59,883 bases of DNA, taken from positions 3,508 through 63,390 of the forward strand of contig PMYK01000011.1 in NCBI GenBank assembly GCA_003171255.1, in the 5' to 3' direction. The stretch comes from Chloroflexota bacterium. Its GTDB lineage: Bacteria; Chloroflexota; Limnocylindria; Limnocylindrales; CSP1-4. The translations under genes and the position numbers were made by a program. The notes under the pieces were generated by a model. The model was not told the origin of the DNA. It did not search any database and worked only from the letters and a program-made list of their open reading frames with translations. Within the stretch, counting starts at the first letter, position 1. Every line of letters begins with the position of its first letter. This document shows positions 10,494-22,515 of the stretch, piece by piece.

Positions 10494-10718
10494 TGCTCGC
10501 CGGGAGAGCACATGTGACCAGGCAACCCGGCCGGTAGGCGTCGGTGAGTCTCGAATGCTCGGAATGAAGCACATATCCGGGCAACTGGGCCCCTGAACGC
10601 GACCAGACAGCCCATCTCGGGCCGGCGTGCAGTCGAACGTGTAGTCGGAACCGGTCAAGCGCGCACGGACGCAGCTCGCAACTGGCCATGTCGGTCGGAT
10701 GTGCTCGCCCCGTGAGCA
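10494..10718. promoter_or_regulatory. Three TGCTC-N7-GAGCA-type palindromes, putative operators of the adjacent XRE protein
   Basis: tgctcgccgggagagca(cat) at 10494, tgctcggaatgaagca(cat) at 10556 (imperfect, one base shorter) and (atg)tgctcgccccgtgagca at 10702 (inverted copy). Confidence 0.5.
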
Positions 10719-10790
10719 TCAACAATCTGGGGGTGCGGGATCGGTCGTCGATGTGCATCGATCCGAGCAGCCACGCCCGACACCGGGCCA

Positions 10791-10867
10791 CCGGCACCAC
10801 TCCCCGGCACCACTCCCCGGCACCACTCCCCGGCACCACTCCCCGGCGCCACTCCCCGGCGCCACTT
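10791..10867. repeat. 13-bp tandem repeat, about 6 copies
   Basis: Unit ccggc(a/g)ccactcc at 10791, 10804, 10817, 10830, 10843 and 10856. No unique spacers. Confidence 0.92.
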
Positions 10868-10923
10868 ACGACGAGGCCCCGCGCGCTGACGCTCAGCTGG
10901 CGGGGCCTCCCCTGATCCGGGAT

Positions 10924-12638
<1,715 letters not shown>

Positions 12639-12642
<4 letters not shown>

Positions 12643-14603
12643 CGGTGTCCTCCAGCGGAAGCGAGGAGACTCGTGTCCTGCCGGCGTCGGTCGAGCGATC
12701 GGCGAGCCTCGAACAGATGGCGTTGTGTTTCCTGCAGTCGAGCCACGGCATCCGAGTCCGAGGCGGCCTGCGCCTCCACGAGCTCGCCGCCGTTGAAGCG
12801 GATTTCCTCCTCGAGCCTGTCCGCCTCTAGGGCGAGCAAGCACTGGTCCACACCTATACGGACGCGGTCGCCGGTTAGTTCGTTAGGATCGGGGCCACGT
12901 TCCGCGTACAGGGCGATTGCCAGGCCGTGCAATTCCGAGTCCAGCGCGTCGAGGAAGCGGCTGCGCTCGAAGCGGCCGGAGCCACCGGCCTCGCGGTCTC
13001 GATCGCGATCGGCGAGCATCGCCACGAGCAACTCACGCGCGGGCGTGCTGGGAAGCTGCATCTTCTGCGCGGCCAGCGTCTCGGCGACTCGCTCCTGCTG
13101 GTCCGGCACGAGCAACAGCAGCCGCAGGAGCTTCCGTTCGTCGAGCGAAACGGCCTTCAGCTCGGCCTTCGTGTCGATCGAGTCGGGAGCCGAAATGATC
13201 GCGTCGGCGGTGAATCGACCGGATGAGCCTGCTCCATCGTTCGGTCGGCCACCCGGACCGGTCGATCCCCCGGCCGACTTTGGCGAGTGGAGGGCTTCGA
13301 GCAGTACACGCTCGTCGACGCCCGTCCTCCGGCCCAGCGCCTGGAGATAGCTGTCACGCACCACCGGGTCGCGGACCTCGCGCAGCATCGGGATGAGCGT
13401 GGCCACGACCTGGCTCTTGCCGCGAGCGGACCGCACGTCAAAGGCGGTGGCGTAGTAATCGATGAGGAATTCCATGATCGGCTGCGCGGTGCGGATGGCC
13501 TCCCGCCAGAGATCGGGATTCTCGCGAACCACCTCGTCGGGGTCCTTGCCCTCGGGCAGCCGGGCCACTCGGACGCGCGTGATCTCGACGCCCGTCTCCT
13601 CGGCCGCGAGCGCCCCGATGAGCCGGAACAGCTCCGCGCCCCCGATGGAGTTGGTGTGCTGGCCGGCCGGGTCGACGTCGTAGGCAAGCACGATCTCGCG
13701 GGCGTAGCGGGCGATCACCGCGACCTGGAACGGGGTCAGGGCAGTGCCCAGGCTCGCCACGACGTTCTCGAAGCCTGCCTGATGAGCCATCAACGCATCG
13801 GTATAGCCCTCGACCAGGACCGCTTCATCGGCCTTGCGCATCTCGCCCCGGGCGCGCTCGATCAGGTACAGCGTTCGGCTCTTGTCGAAGAGCACCGTCG
13901 CCGGGGAGTTGAGGTATTTGGGCGCGTTTGAATCCGCGGCGGCAGCGGCAGGCAGGATTCGCCCGCCGATGCCCACGGCCGCGCCGGACGCGTCGCGGAT
14001 CGGGAAGATGACGCGGTTGCGGAACTTGTCATAGGCGCCGCGGCTGTTGGGTCGGGCGCTCGTGAGGCCCACCTCGGCCAGCTCGGCGACGTTCACGTTG
14101 CGGCGGCTCTGGAGCATCTTGATCATCTGGTCCCAGCCGCCCGGCGCCCAGCCGAGCTGGAACTTCTCGATCGTCTCGTCCGTGAAACCCCGGCCGTGCA
14201 GGTATTCGAGCGCCGGCGCACCCGTCTTCGATTGGGTCAGGACGACGTGATAGAAGGCGATCGCCTGCTCGAGGACTTCGCGCAGTCGAGCCTTGTGGGC
14301 GTCCTCGCGGCTCGTTCGCTCGTCGATCTCGATGCCGGCCTTCGCCGCCAGCTGCTTGAGTGCCTCGGGAAAAGTCAACCCCTCGCGGCGCATGACGAAG
14401 CTGAAGATGTCGCCACCCTCGCCGCAGCCGAAGCAGTGCCAGGTCTCGCGGGCCGGGGTCACGACGAAGCTGGGGGTCTTCTCGCCGTGGAACGGGCAGA
14501 GACCCTTCAAGACCGTGCCGGCCTTGCGCAGCTGCACCTGCTCGCCGACCACATCGACGATCGACAGCTTGCTCTTTACTTCTGCGGCTACCCCTGACGC
14601 CAA
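12639..14603 (-). CDS. dnaG: DNA primase
   Basis: CHC2 zinc finger CPFH...CFGC, KYLNSP, and TOPRIM motifs VEGYTD and YDVD. Lies directly upstream of rpoD. Confidence 0.97.
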
Positions 14604-14733
14604 ATCGCATCTCCTGCCATGTCAGACGATCCGCGCGCCCCTGGCGTTCAGTCGCATTTCCCCGTCGTCCACCCCGACGAACCCGACCTGACGGCGTTTC
14701 GCCCCCGCCACCGACCACCCGAACATAGATAAG

Positions 14734-14823
14734 GGCTTGTCAAGACTTGACAAGCCATCGCTGGGCTGATTCTTACCACTTTTCGCCGCTCTTGTATACC
14801 CCTGGGGGGTATTGACATGTCAA
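14734..14823. promoter_or_regulatory. Divergent promoter region with three palindromes, one resembling a CsoR/RcnR operator
   Basis: ggcttgtcaag-a-cttgacaagcc (14734-14756), ATACCCCTGGGGGGTAT (14796-14812) and TTGACATGTCAA (14812-14823). Confidence 0.5.
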
Positions 14824-14941
14824 GGGGGCCGAGGCCGGTCCAGTCGGCCGTAGCGCTCTCCCATTGCGGAAAATACACTCACGGCAACAGAGGGGGACGC
14901 GGCCTTTCCCGCGCCGGTCATAGCAACACTCCGGAGGCATC

Positions 14942-17116
14942 ATGCCCTTAGCCCGAGCATCCCGTGTTTCCAACGGCGAGCGCACCATGCCTCGGTCGCT
15001 TCAGCCCGACGACTTGTACCGCCTGCGCGTTCCTTCCCAGGTACGCCTCGCGCCCGACGGACGGCTTGCCGTGTTCGCTCTGCAGGCGACCAAGGCCCGC
15101 CGGGACGGGTACGTCGACTCGATTTGGGGAGTGCCGACCGACGGAAGCGATGAGCCCCGCCAGCTCACGCTCGGCGCCTGGCATGACGCATCCCCTCGCG
15201 TCTCGCCGGACGGCCGGCTGATGGCGTTCCTGTCGGACCGGCGAACACTCGTCGAGCCGGCGCCCGCGGAGGAGACCCCGGGCGCGGCTGGGAAGCCGGA
15301 GAACGTCGTCCAGGTCTACGTCTTGCCGCTCGACCGCCCTGGCGAGGCGAGGCGGGTCACGGATCTTCCGCGGGGCGTGACAGGCTTCGAGTGGTCGCCT
15401 GACGGCAGGCGGTTCGCGGTGCTGAGCCCGTCGGCCGGGGCGACAAGGGACGAGGACCGGCGGCGACGAGGCCTCGAAGAGCCGGCACCCAACGCAATGC
15501 CAACATCGGACTACCGATACGTGGACCGGCTCTCGTTCCTCCATAACGGTCGCGGCTTCGTCTACGACAGCCACCCGCAGCTGTGGGTCGTCGACCTCGA
15601 GCCCGGCGATGTCCGTCGCCTGACGAACGTCGACTGGTCCGTGGACATGCCGGCCTGGTCGCCCGACGGCAAGCGGATCGCGTACTGCACGGACGAGCGC
15701 CGCGACGCCGACTTCGACCCGCGCTCGCACGTCTTCGTCGTCGACGTCGACTCCGGTCGCCGCACGCGCATCACGGACGCCGGCAGGGCGGACTTCACGG
15801 CACCAACCTGGCTGCCTGACGGCCGGACGATCGCCTGCTTGGGCCACCGCTACCCTGCCCACGCAGGCAGCCGATACGATGTCTGGCTCTTCACGGCCGA
15901 CGGCTCCGACTCGGGGCGCGACGGCGGTCGCAATCTATCGGCTCGCCACGACCTCATGCCGGCGACGTCGATGAACAGCGACATCACGATTGGCGAGCCG
16001 GCGCGTCTGGTGGCGTCCGCGGACGGTGCGGACCTGACATTCAGCGCCCCTTACGACGGCTCATACGAACTGTGGCGGATCTCCACGGACGACGGCCGGC
16101 TCGAACGGCTGACCGAGGGTCGGGAGTACATCTCGGGCTTCGACCAGATTGAGGTCGATGGCCGCCCTCGCCTGGCGTTCATCCGCTCGACGCCGACCGA
16201 ACTGCCGGACGTCTGGGCCCAGTCGGACGGCGGGGCGCCGCGCCGCCTGAGCCGACTGAACGACCTCGTGCTCGACGAGGTCAAGCTCCTCGAGCCAGCC
16301 GAGCGCTCGTACGAGGTCGACGGGAGGCAGATCCAGGGCTGGATCATCGCGGGGGCTGAGTCGTCGGGCTTTCGCCGGCCTGGCCCGCTCGTCGTCGAGA
16401 TCCATGGCGGCCCGCAGACGCAGTACGGCTGGTCGCCTGTGCTCGAGTTCCAGATCCTGGCGGGAACCGGGATGAGCGTCTTCTACTGCAATCCGCGCGG
16501 CTCCACCGGGTATGGCCAGAGCTTCGCTGATGCGAACTTCCGCGATTGGGGCCATGGGCCGACGCGGGACGTCCTCGCGGGGGTCGACGCACTCGTCGCC
16601 GAGGACATCGCAAGCAGCCGGCACCTCGGCGTCACCGGGGGCTCATATGGCGGCTACTTGACAAACTGGATCGTTGGGCACGATCGCCGCTTTGCCGCGG
16701 CGTTCACCGCACGGTCGGTCAGCGACATGACATCGCTCATGTTGACCGGAGACCTCGCCGGTATCGATCCGAAGATATTCATCGGCGCGAATCCGTGGGA
16801 CGAGCCGGAGTTCTACCGAGAAGCGTCGCCCATCACGTATATCTCGTCGTGCACCACGCCGCTCCTGATCCAGCACGCGGAGGAAGACCTCCGCTGCCCG
16901 ATCGGCCAGGCTGAAGAGCTGTTCGCCGTCCTGCGCGCCCACCGGCGGCCGGTCCGGTTTATGCGCGTACCGGGAGAGAACCACGAACTCACACGTGGGG
17001 GTACGCCCTTCCGCCGCGTCGAGAATCTCATCCAGGTCCGCGATTGGTTCCGCCACTATCTCGTCTACGGCAAACGGCGCCTACCGCCCCTGCCGCGTGA
17101 GCGCGCCGGTAAGTAG
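14942..17116 (+). CDS. S9-family peptidase (dipeptidyl aminopeptidase / acylaminoacyl peptidase)
   Basis: PD40-type propeller repeats (SPDG), HGGP, nucleophile GGSYGG, catalytic D (EDLRCP) and H (ENHE). RBS GGAGG. Confidence 0.93.
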   Translation: MPLARASRVSNGERTMPRSLQPDDLYRLRVPSQVRLAPDGRLAVFALQATKARRDGYVDSIWGVPTDGSDEPRQLTLGAWHDASPRVSPDGRLMAFLSDRRTLVEPAPAEETPGAAGKPENVVQVYVLPLDRPGEARRVTDLPRGVTGFEWSPDGRRFAVLSPSAGATRDEDRRRRGLEEPAPNAMPTSDYRYVDRLSFLHNGRGFVYDSHPQLWVVDLEPGDVRRLTNVDWSVDMPAWSPDGKRIAYCTDERRDADFDPRSHVFVVDVDSGRRTRITDAGRADFTAPTWLPDGRTIACLGHRYPAHAGSRYDVWLFTADGSDSGRDGGRNLSARHDLMPATSMNSDITIGEPARLVASADGADLTFSAPYDGSYELWRISTDDGRLERLTEGREYISGFDQIEVDGRPRLAFIRSTPTELPDVWAQSDGGAPRRLSRLNDLVLDEVKLLEPAERSYEVDGRQIQGWIIAGAESSGFRRPGPLVVEIHGGPQTQYGWSPVLEFQILAGTGMSVFYCNPRGSTGYGQSFADANFRDWGHGPTRDVLAGVDALVAEDIASSRHLGVTGGSYGGYLTNWIVGHDRRFAAAFTARSVSDMTSLMLTGDLAGIDPKIFIGANPWDEPEFYREASPITYISSCTTPLLIQHAEEDLRCPIGQAEELFAVLRAHRRPVRFMRVPGENHELTRGGTPFRRVENLIQVRDWFRHYLVYGKRRLPPLPRERAGK

Positions 17117-17175
17117 AGGTCCCGTGCTTCGGCGGCTCCAGGCGCATCGAACAGCGGGCCGCCAGGATCCGAGCC

Positions 17176-17835
17176 TCAGCGAGGCAACGCCCTGTTCGCC
17201 CGTGTCCATTCGAGCCAGTGGTGTTCGGCTCCCATGGTGGTTGCCGGTCCGTGGCCGGGCAGCACTTTCAGCCGTTCGTCCAGCCCGGCGAGGCGTCCCA
17301 ACGACTCGGCCATCTGCTCCTCGGATCCGCCGGGGAGATCGGTCCGGCCCCATGATCCCGCGAACAGCGTGTCGCCCGACAGCAGGAGACCGTTCGGGCG
17401 GTCGAGCAGACAGACCGAGCCCTCGGTGTGTCCCGGCGTGTGCAGGACCTCGAGGTCGATCTCGCCGAACTTGACCCGACCGCCATCGGCCAGTTCCACC
17501 GCCGGAACGCTGGGCGGGATGGGAAACGGCGCGAAGAGCGGCTGCGGGTGGACGAGCATCTCTCGGTCGAGCGGATGAACGGCGATGCGGGCCTCGTCGC
17601 CGGGTTGGTGATCGTGCGTCCAGGCTTGCACAGCCGCGTTGTCGCCCACGTGGTCCCAGTGGCCGTGGGTGGACACGATCAGTTTCAGCTTCCAGCCGCG
17701 CCCCTCCAGGATGCCGCCGAGCCAGGCAACCGATGGCGTCGCCGTGTCGATCGCGATCGCTTCCCGCGTCCGCGAGTCACCGAGGACATAGACGTTGGTC
17801 CCGATCGGTCCGACGGTCCGGCTGAGCAACTCCAT
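17176..17835 (-). CDS. MBL-fold metallo-hydrolase (glyoxalase II-like)
   Basis: Motifs THGHWDHVG, HTPGHT, SGDTLF, GRTDLPGG and PGHG. Confidence 0.92.
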   Translation of the reverse strand: MELLSRTVGPIGTNVYVLGDSRTREAIAIDTATPSVAWLGGILEGRGWKLKLIVSTHGHWDHVGDNAAVQAWTHDHQPGDEARIAVHPLDREMLVHPQPLFAPFPIPPSVPAVELADGGRVKFGEIDLEVLHTPGHTEGSVCLLDRPNGLLLSGDTLFAGSWGRTDLPGGSEEQMAESLGRLAGLDERLKVLPGHGPATTMGAEHHWLEWTRANRALPR

Positions 17836-17887
17836 GCTCGGAGACTAGCCCCTCCGCGCTCAATATGCCCAAATAGGCGATGGCCTA

Positions 17888-18553
17888 TCAGGCCAGGTCC
17901 CAGTCGATCGGCGGCAGACCGCGTTTCGTGAGCTCGGCGTTGGTCCGGCGGAACGGAGCGCTGCCGGTGAAGCCCTTGGCCGACAGCGGTGACGGATGCG
18001 CCGACTTGATCACGATGTGCCGGGTGCGGTCGATCTTCTGGCCGGCGGCCTTGGCCGGCTCGCCCCAGAGCAGGAACGCCAGTGGGGTCGGCCGCTCGGC
18101 CAGGATGGCCACGATCGCGGCCGTGAACGCCTTCCACTGGCGCCGGTGGCTGTTCGGCAGCCCCTCGCGAACGGTCAGGGCGGTGTTCAGAAGCAGCACC
18201 CCGTTGCGCGCCCACGGCTCGAGGGTGGCGTCGGCCGGAACCGGATGGCCCAGGTCGGTCTCGAGTTCCTTGACGATGTTGACGAGGGACGGCGGCCGAT
18301 CGACTCCGGCGCGGACCGAGAAGGCCAGACCACTCGCCTGGCCCGGTCGGTAGTAGGGGTCCTGGCCCAGAATCACGGCGCGGACCTGGTCGGGTGGCGT
18401 CAGCCGCAGAGCGGCGAACACGTCTTCGTCCGGGGGAAAGACCGTGGCCTGCGCGCGCTCCACGAAAACGAATTCGTCGAGCTTCTCGATATCGGCGTCC
18501 GACAGCCGGGAGCCAAGGGCGGATCGCCACTCGGCCGGGAGGGTCTGCATCAT
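17888..18553 (-). CDS. ung: Uracil-DNA glycosylase, family 1
   Basis: Motifs GQDPY, PPSLVNI, GVLLLN, LLWG and HPSPLS. Start trimmed to MMQTLP. Confidence 0.93.
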   Translation of the reverse strand: MMQTLPAEWRSALGSRLSDADIEKLDEFVFVERAQATVFPPDEDVFAALRLTPPDQVRAVILGQDPYYRPGQASGLAFSVRAGVDRPPSLVNIVKELETDLGHPVPADATLEPWARNGVLLLNTALTVREGLPNSHRRQWKAFTAAIVAILAERPTPLAFLLWGEPAKAAGQKIDRTRHIVIKSAHPSPLSAKGFTGSAPFRRTNAELTKRGLPPIDWDLA

Positions 18554-18689
18554 GCCTGCGAGTGTAGTCGCACCGCGCACCACCACCGCCTCCGGGTCGC
18601 GCCCTTCTCTCCGAGGTGAGAACCTCCATGGAGTCGGCGATCGCGCGATCGACGGCGCCGAATAGCCGCTTTGCCCGAGGAGTAGCTCC

Positions 18690-19016
18690 ATGATCGTTTG
18701 CCTGCCCGTAACCGCCGACGGCCAGATGGGTCAAAGCTGGGGTCGTGCCGACCGCGTCGCCATCGCCGAGGTGGGCGACACGGGGATAAGCAGTTGGGAG
18801 GAGTTCGAGGTCGGCTGGGACAAGACGCACGACGTGGGCGAGCACAGCGAACACCACGAGCGCATTGCCCGGTTCCTGACCGACCATCACGTGGCCTGCG
18901 TCGTGGCCGGTCACATGGGTCCGCCGATGGTGCAGATGCTGGGCGAGATGGGTATCGGCGTGAAGCTCGGCGCCTCGGGCGAGGCACGTACGGCCGCGGT
19001 CTCGGCCCGGGTATAG
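18690..19016 (+). CDS. NifB/NifX-family (FeMo-cofactor-binding-like) small protein
   Basis: Motifs WGRADRVAI and VVAGHMGPPM...L..MGI, His-rich centre. RBS GAGGAG. Confidence 0.85.
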   Translation: MIVCLPVTADGQMGQSWGRADRVAIAEVGDTGISSWEEFEVGWDKTHDVGEHSEHHERIARFLTDHHVACVVAGHMGPPMVQMLGEMGIGVKLGASGEARTAAVSARV

Positions 19017-19054
19017 CGGCTGCCGCAACCGTCGGGCAAGGCGCCCCCAAAGGG

Positions 19055-19870
19055 TCAAGGAAGCACGTTCACCAGGCAGGTCGGGCCGCCGTCGGCGAGC
19101 GCGAACTCGTCAAGCTCGAGTTCGTGAACTCCCAGTCCGGTCTCGCGCAGGAGCCGCGCGGCGGTCGGGTTTCCCGAGGCGAGGAACGCGTGTCCGCCGA
19201 GTGCGAGGACGTTGGCCCCGAGCAACTCGTCGTCGGGCAGCAGCAGGCGACGGACCTCGCGGGGCGGTGCCGCATCGGGGCCAGCCGCGTCGAGTGAGGC
19301 GAAACCGGCGGCCGTGCCAATCAGTGTGTCCGGCGCCACCGCCGTGACGGCCGTGGCGAGGTGAAGGCGATCCGTCACCGGGCAGAGGAAGGGCCGGTAT
19401 CCGAGGGACCGCGAGGCGTCGGCGAGCACCCGCGCGCCGAGGACGTTGATCCGGGCGCTCAGGCCGATCGCAATGCGGTCGCCAAAAATGACTACATCGC
19501 CGCCCTCGAGCGTCCCCGGATCCTCCACGGGCACGAGGCGCACGCCCGCCGGCAGGCAATCAAGGGTCGCCCGAAGGACGGAATCGACCTCGGGCCGCCG
19601 GGACGCAACAGCAGGCCGCGCCACCACGACCGTCGGCAATCGATCCGGAAGGACCGGCGCGAGTGCGATGAGCGTGTCCGAAACGAACGTGGCGTCTGGG
19701 AGATCCGGCTCCTCGGGAAGACGCAACAGTGACAGTCCGGCGTCCTCGAGCGCAGCGCAGAATGCCGCGTGCTGCGCCTGAACCTGTGAAACGTCGATCA
19801 GGTGGCGGTCCGGGTGGGTCGAGATTGCGGCGTGGAAGGCAGGGCCTGGCGGCCGGACTATGAAAACCAT
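19055..19870 (-). CDS. Amidinotransferase-superfamily protein (dimethylargininase-like)
   Basis: Motifs QH..F, PDATFVSD, SRRPE, LEGGDV, LHLAT and DGGPTCL (catalytic Cys). Start trimmed to MVFIVRPP. Confidence 0.85.
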   Translation of the reverse strand: MVFIVRPPGPAFHAAISTHPDRHLIDVSQVQAQHAAFCAALEDAGLSLLRLPEEPDLPDATFVSDTLIALAPVLPDRLPTVVVARPAVASRRPEVDSVLRATLDCLPAGVRLVPVEDPGTLEGGDVVIFGDRIAIGLSARINVLGARVLADASRSLGYRPFLCPVTDRLHLATAVTAVAPDTLIGTAAGFASLDAAGPDAAPPREVRRLLLPDDELLGANVLALGGHAFLASGNPTAARLLRETGLGVHELELDEFALADGGPTCLVNVLP

Positions 19871-20163
19871 TCGCGCATCGTAGCGGTCTGCGGCGGGGGG
19901 ACGCCGCCGGGGGGACCGACGATCGGCTGAGAGCCTCGCCAGAGCCCTGACGACGAACTCGTCGAGCCGCCCGAGCTCGAGCGTGGACCTGTCGCCGCCC
20001 AGGTCCGGCAGGAAGTCGACCGCGATCCGCAGGTCCCAGCGGAGTCGCCGGCGACGAGCCTGGCCACGCCACAACCCCTGACGTCTGGACGTCGCCGGAA
20101 GCCTAAGATTGCCCCGCTCGACGACACGAAGGAACGGCCAATTGGTTTCGGAGGACTCGCGGT

Positions 20164-22515
20164 TTGCCCTGGGTAGATGACACACCGCGCGGCCGCATGC
20201 TCAGCCGAGTTGGGGCGGCTGAGGCAGCGCTGTATCAGGAGGAGCCCGGCCACCAGCGGAGCTCGTTCGACCGAGCCAAGAAGATCGTTCGGGAGGCCCT
20301 CCCCAAAGGTGCGCTGATCCTGGGCATCCTGGCCGTGGTCAACGCCGGCTCGGGGTTCCTTGCCAGGAAGATCGTGGGACACGTCTTCGGCGCCGGGCCC
20401 GAGACCGACGCGCTCTGGAATGCGGCTGCGCTGACGCAGGCGCCTGTCGACATCCTGATCACGGGCGGGATCATCGGCCCGTTCCTGCCGCTCTTCCTGG
20501 GCCTGAAGGGTGAGGCCGAGACCGCGGCGCGCGCGTTCGCCCGGACCATCCTCACGGCGGCATTGCTGGTCATGTCGGTGGCCATCGTCTTCGTAATCGT
20601 CTTCGCCCCGCAGATCGCCCCTCTCGCCGCGCCGGGCTTCGAAGGCAGCCAGCGCGAGCTCTACATCGGCCTGATCCGCGTCGTATGCATTGGTCAGCTC
20701 GCCATCACCGCCTCGCTCGTCCTCGGCGAGATCCTGATCGCGGAGCGCCGCTTCCTGTCGTACGGCCTAGCCGAGTTCGCCCTCAACTGCGGGACCGCGG
20801 TGGGTGCGCTGCTGCTTGGCGGCGTGTTCGGGATCTGTGGCGCGGCCGTCGGGTTCGTGATCGGTGCCTTCGGCCACCTGACCGTCCGTCTCGTCGGTAT
20901 CTACCGGACCACCTTCCGGCCCCGGCTCGAGCTGGCGCTTCGCACCAAGGGCGTTGGCGAGTTCGCGGTGTTGATGCTGCCGAAGATGGCCAGCGCGATC
21001 CTGCTGTCGCTGCTCCTGCTGTACTTCAATCAGATCGCGTCGACCCTGGCGCCGGGATCGACCTCGGCAATCACGTACGCCCGGGACTTCCAGAGCACGG
21101 CCGAGAGCATGATCGGACTCTCATTCGCCCTGGCCGCCTTCGCCTCGCTCTCCGCCACTGCCGCTGCCGGCGACAAGCGAGCCTTCAAGCGAATCCTCCG
21201 CACCAACGTCCTGACGATCGGAATCCTCTCCACGCTGGCCGCGATCGCACTGGCGGTCCTGGCGGGGTTCATCTCCGGGTTGTTCAAGGGCGGGGCATTC
21301 GACGAAACCGACGCTTCGCGGATGACCCTCGTCCTTGTCCTCTTTGCCATCTCCGTGCCCTTCGAATGCCTGGTGGAGATTCTCGCCCGGGCGATCTACG
21401 CCACGCACAACACGCTGGAGCCACTGGCGGCCGTGGCTTGCGGCTTCGTCGCCGGCGTGGCTACGACCATGCTCCTCTCGTCTCCGATCGGGCTTGCCGC
21501 CCTGCCTCTCGGATACGTGGCCTTCCAGGCGGTCCGGGTGGTCGTCCTGTCGCTCTTCCTGCGGCCCCGCATGGCCCGTATCGGCGGCACGTCGCGCTGG
21601 ACTCGGGCGATCGTTCGCGACCGCTGGGGCGGTCTCCAGTCGGCCAATCGACGCACCATGCCGGTCGGCCAGCTCGCCCTGATCGTCTTGCTGTTCCTGG
21701 CCCTGACAGGCGGGACTCTGTTCGCGACAGTCCAGGTCGCGACCCGTGTCTCGATCGGCGGTGATCCCCAGACGACACCATGGGCCCGCGTCGGAGGAAC
21801 TCGCGCGCCGGTTATAGCGATCGCTTCCTCGACACCCGACCCCGCACCCTCGGCAGAGCCATCAGCCTCGGCAGAGCCATCAGCCTCGGCCAGCATCGAG
21901 CCGCCACCCGGCCCGACAGGCACTCCGGGCGTCTTCGCCATGGACCTGTACCAGACCGGCGACTTCGTAAGCGAGGCCAAGGACACCTGGTGCATCCCCG
22001 CGGCAATGCAGGTCTCCATGAACATCATGAGCATCGAACCTGACACGAGCCGCGACACCCAGGCCAAGCTCTTCGACCTGGCCGTGTCGATCGCCGGCAG
22101 CAGCTCCGGCGGTGCCGACCCCAATGGTTGGGCGACCGGGCTCTCGTCGCTGGGCTACGGCAATTACACCGTCGAGGCCAAGCCCGACATGGTCGACGCG
22201 ATCCACGTCGTCGCAACGCAGATCCGGATGACGCAGCGGCCGGCGGGACTCCTCGTCTGGCAGGGCTGGCATTCCTGGGTAGTTTCCGGCTTCACCGCCA
22301 CGGCCGACCCCGCCCTCACAGATAACTTCACGGTCATCTCGTTGCGCATCGAGGACGTGTGGTATCCGCGCGTTTCGTCGAAATGGCCGAAGTCCCGCCC
22401 GCCCGATACGGACATCCTGGTCAGCGACCTCGGCCCCGACTACAAGCCGTGGGTCCAGTCCGAGTCGCTGTCGGGACGCGACAACAAGTACGTGTACGTC
22501 ATCCCGATACTCTGA
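20164..22515 (+). CDS. MurJ/MviN-like flippase fused to a C-terminal C39/papain-like peptidase domain
   Basis: N-terminal MOP-family features (FGAGPETDA, APGF, LARAIYATHNT), then an extra TM, a Pro/Ser linker, and WCIPAAMQ...GWHSWVVSG...IEDVWYP. GGAGG RBS before TTG. Confidence 0.8.
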   Translation: MPWVDDTPRGRMLSRVGAAEAALYQEEPGHQRSSFDRAKKIVREALPKGALILGILAVVNAGSGFLARKIVGHVFGAGPETDALWNAAALTQAPVDILITGGIIGPFLPLFLGLKGEAETAARAFARTILTAALLVMSVAIVFVIVFAPQIAPLAAPGFEGSQRELYIGLIRVVCIGQLAITASLVLGEILIAERRFLSYGLAEFALNCGTAVGALLLGGVFGICGAAVGFVIGAFGHLTVRLVGIYRTTFRPRLELALRTKGVGEFAVLMLPKMASAILLSLLLLYFNQIASTLAPGSTSAITYARDFQSTAESMIGLSFALAAFASLSATAAAGDKRAFKRILRTNVLTIGILSTLAAIALAVLAGFISGLFKGGAFDETDASRMTLVLVLFAISVPFECLVEILARAIYATHNTLEPLAAVACGFVAGVATTMLLSSPIGLAALPLGYVAFQAVRVVVLSLFLRPRMARIGGTSRWTRAIVRDRWGGLQSANRRTMPVGQLALIVLLFLALTGGTLFATVQVATRVSIGGDPQTTPWARVGGTRAPVIAIASSTPDPAPSAEPSASAEPSASASIEPPPGPTGTPGVFAMDLYQTGDFVSEAKDTWCIPAAMQVSMNIMSIEPDTSRDTQAKLFDLAVSIAGSSSGGADPNGWATGLSSLGYGNYTVEAKPDMVDAIHVVATQIRMTQRPAGLLVWQGWHSWVVSGFTATADPALTDNFTVISLRIEDVWYPRVSSKWPKSRPPDTDILVSDLGPDYKPWVQSESLSGRDNKYVYVIPIL

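Noticed and set aside
10634-10647. LexA/SOS box (cgaacgtgtagtcg) upstream of the XRE-nuclease gene
   Set aside because: The right half-site deviates from GTTC and there is only one copy, which is too weak to call.
10791-10867. Possible CRISPR array (also considered for 26576-26691)
   Set aside because: Units are head-to-tail with no unique spacers of CRISPR length, and there are no cas genes in the window.
12643-12843. N-terminal extensions given in the ORF track for rpoD (also ppdK, nfnB, gadB, GNAT, GT87 and others)
   Set aside because: They overlap upstream genes or lack family similarity, while downstream starts have an RBS or translational coupling.
18690-19016. Evidence of nitrogen fixation from the NifX-like gene
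   Set aside because: This small domain is common in non-diazotrophs, and no nif structural genes are present.
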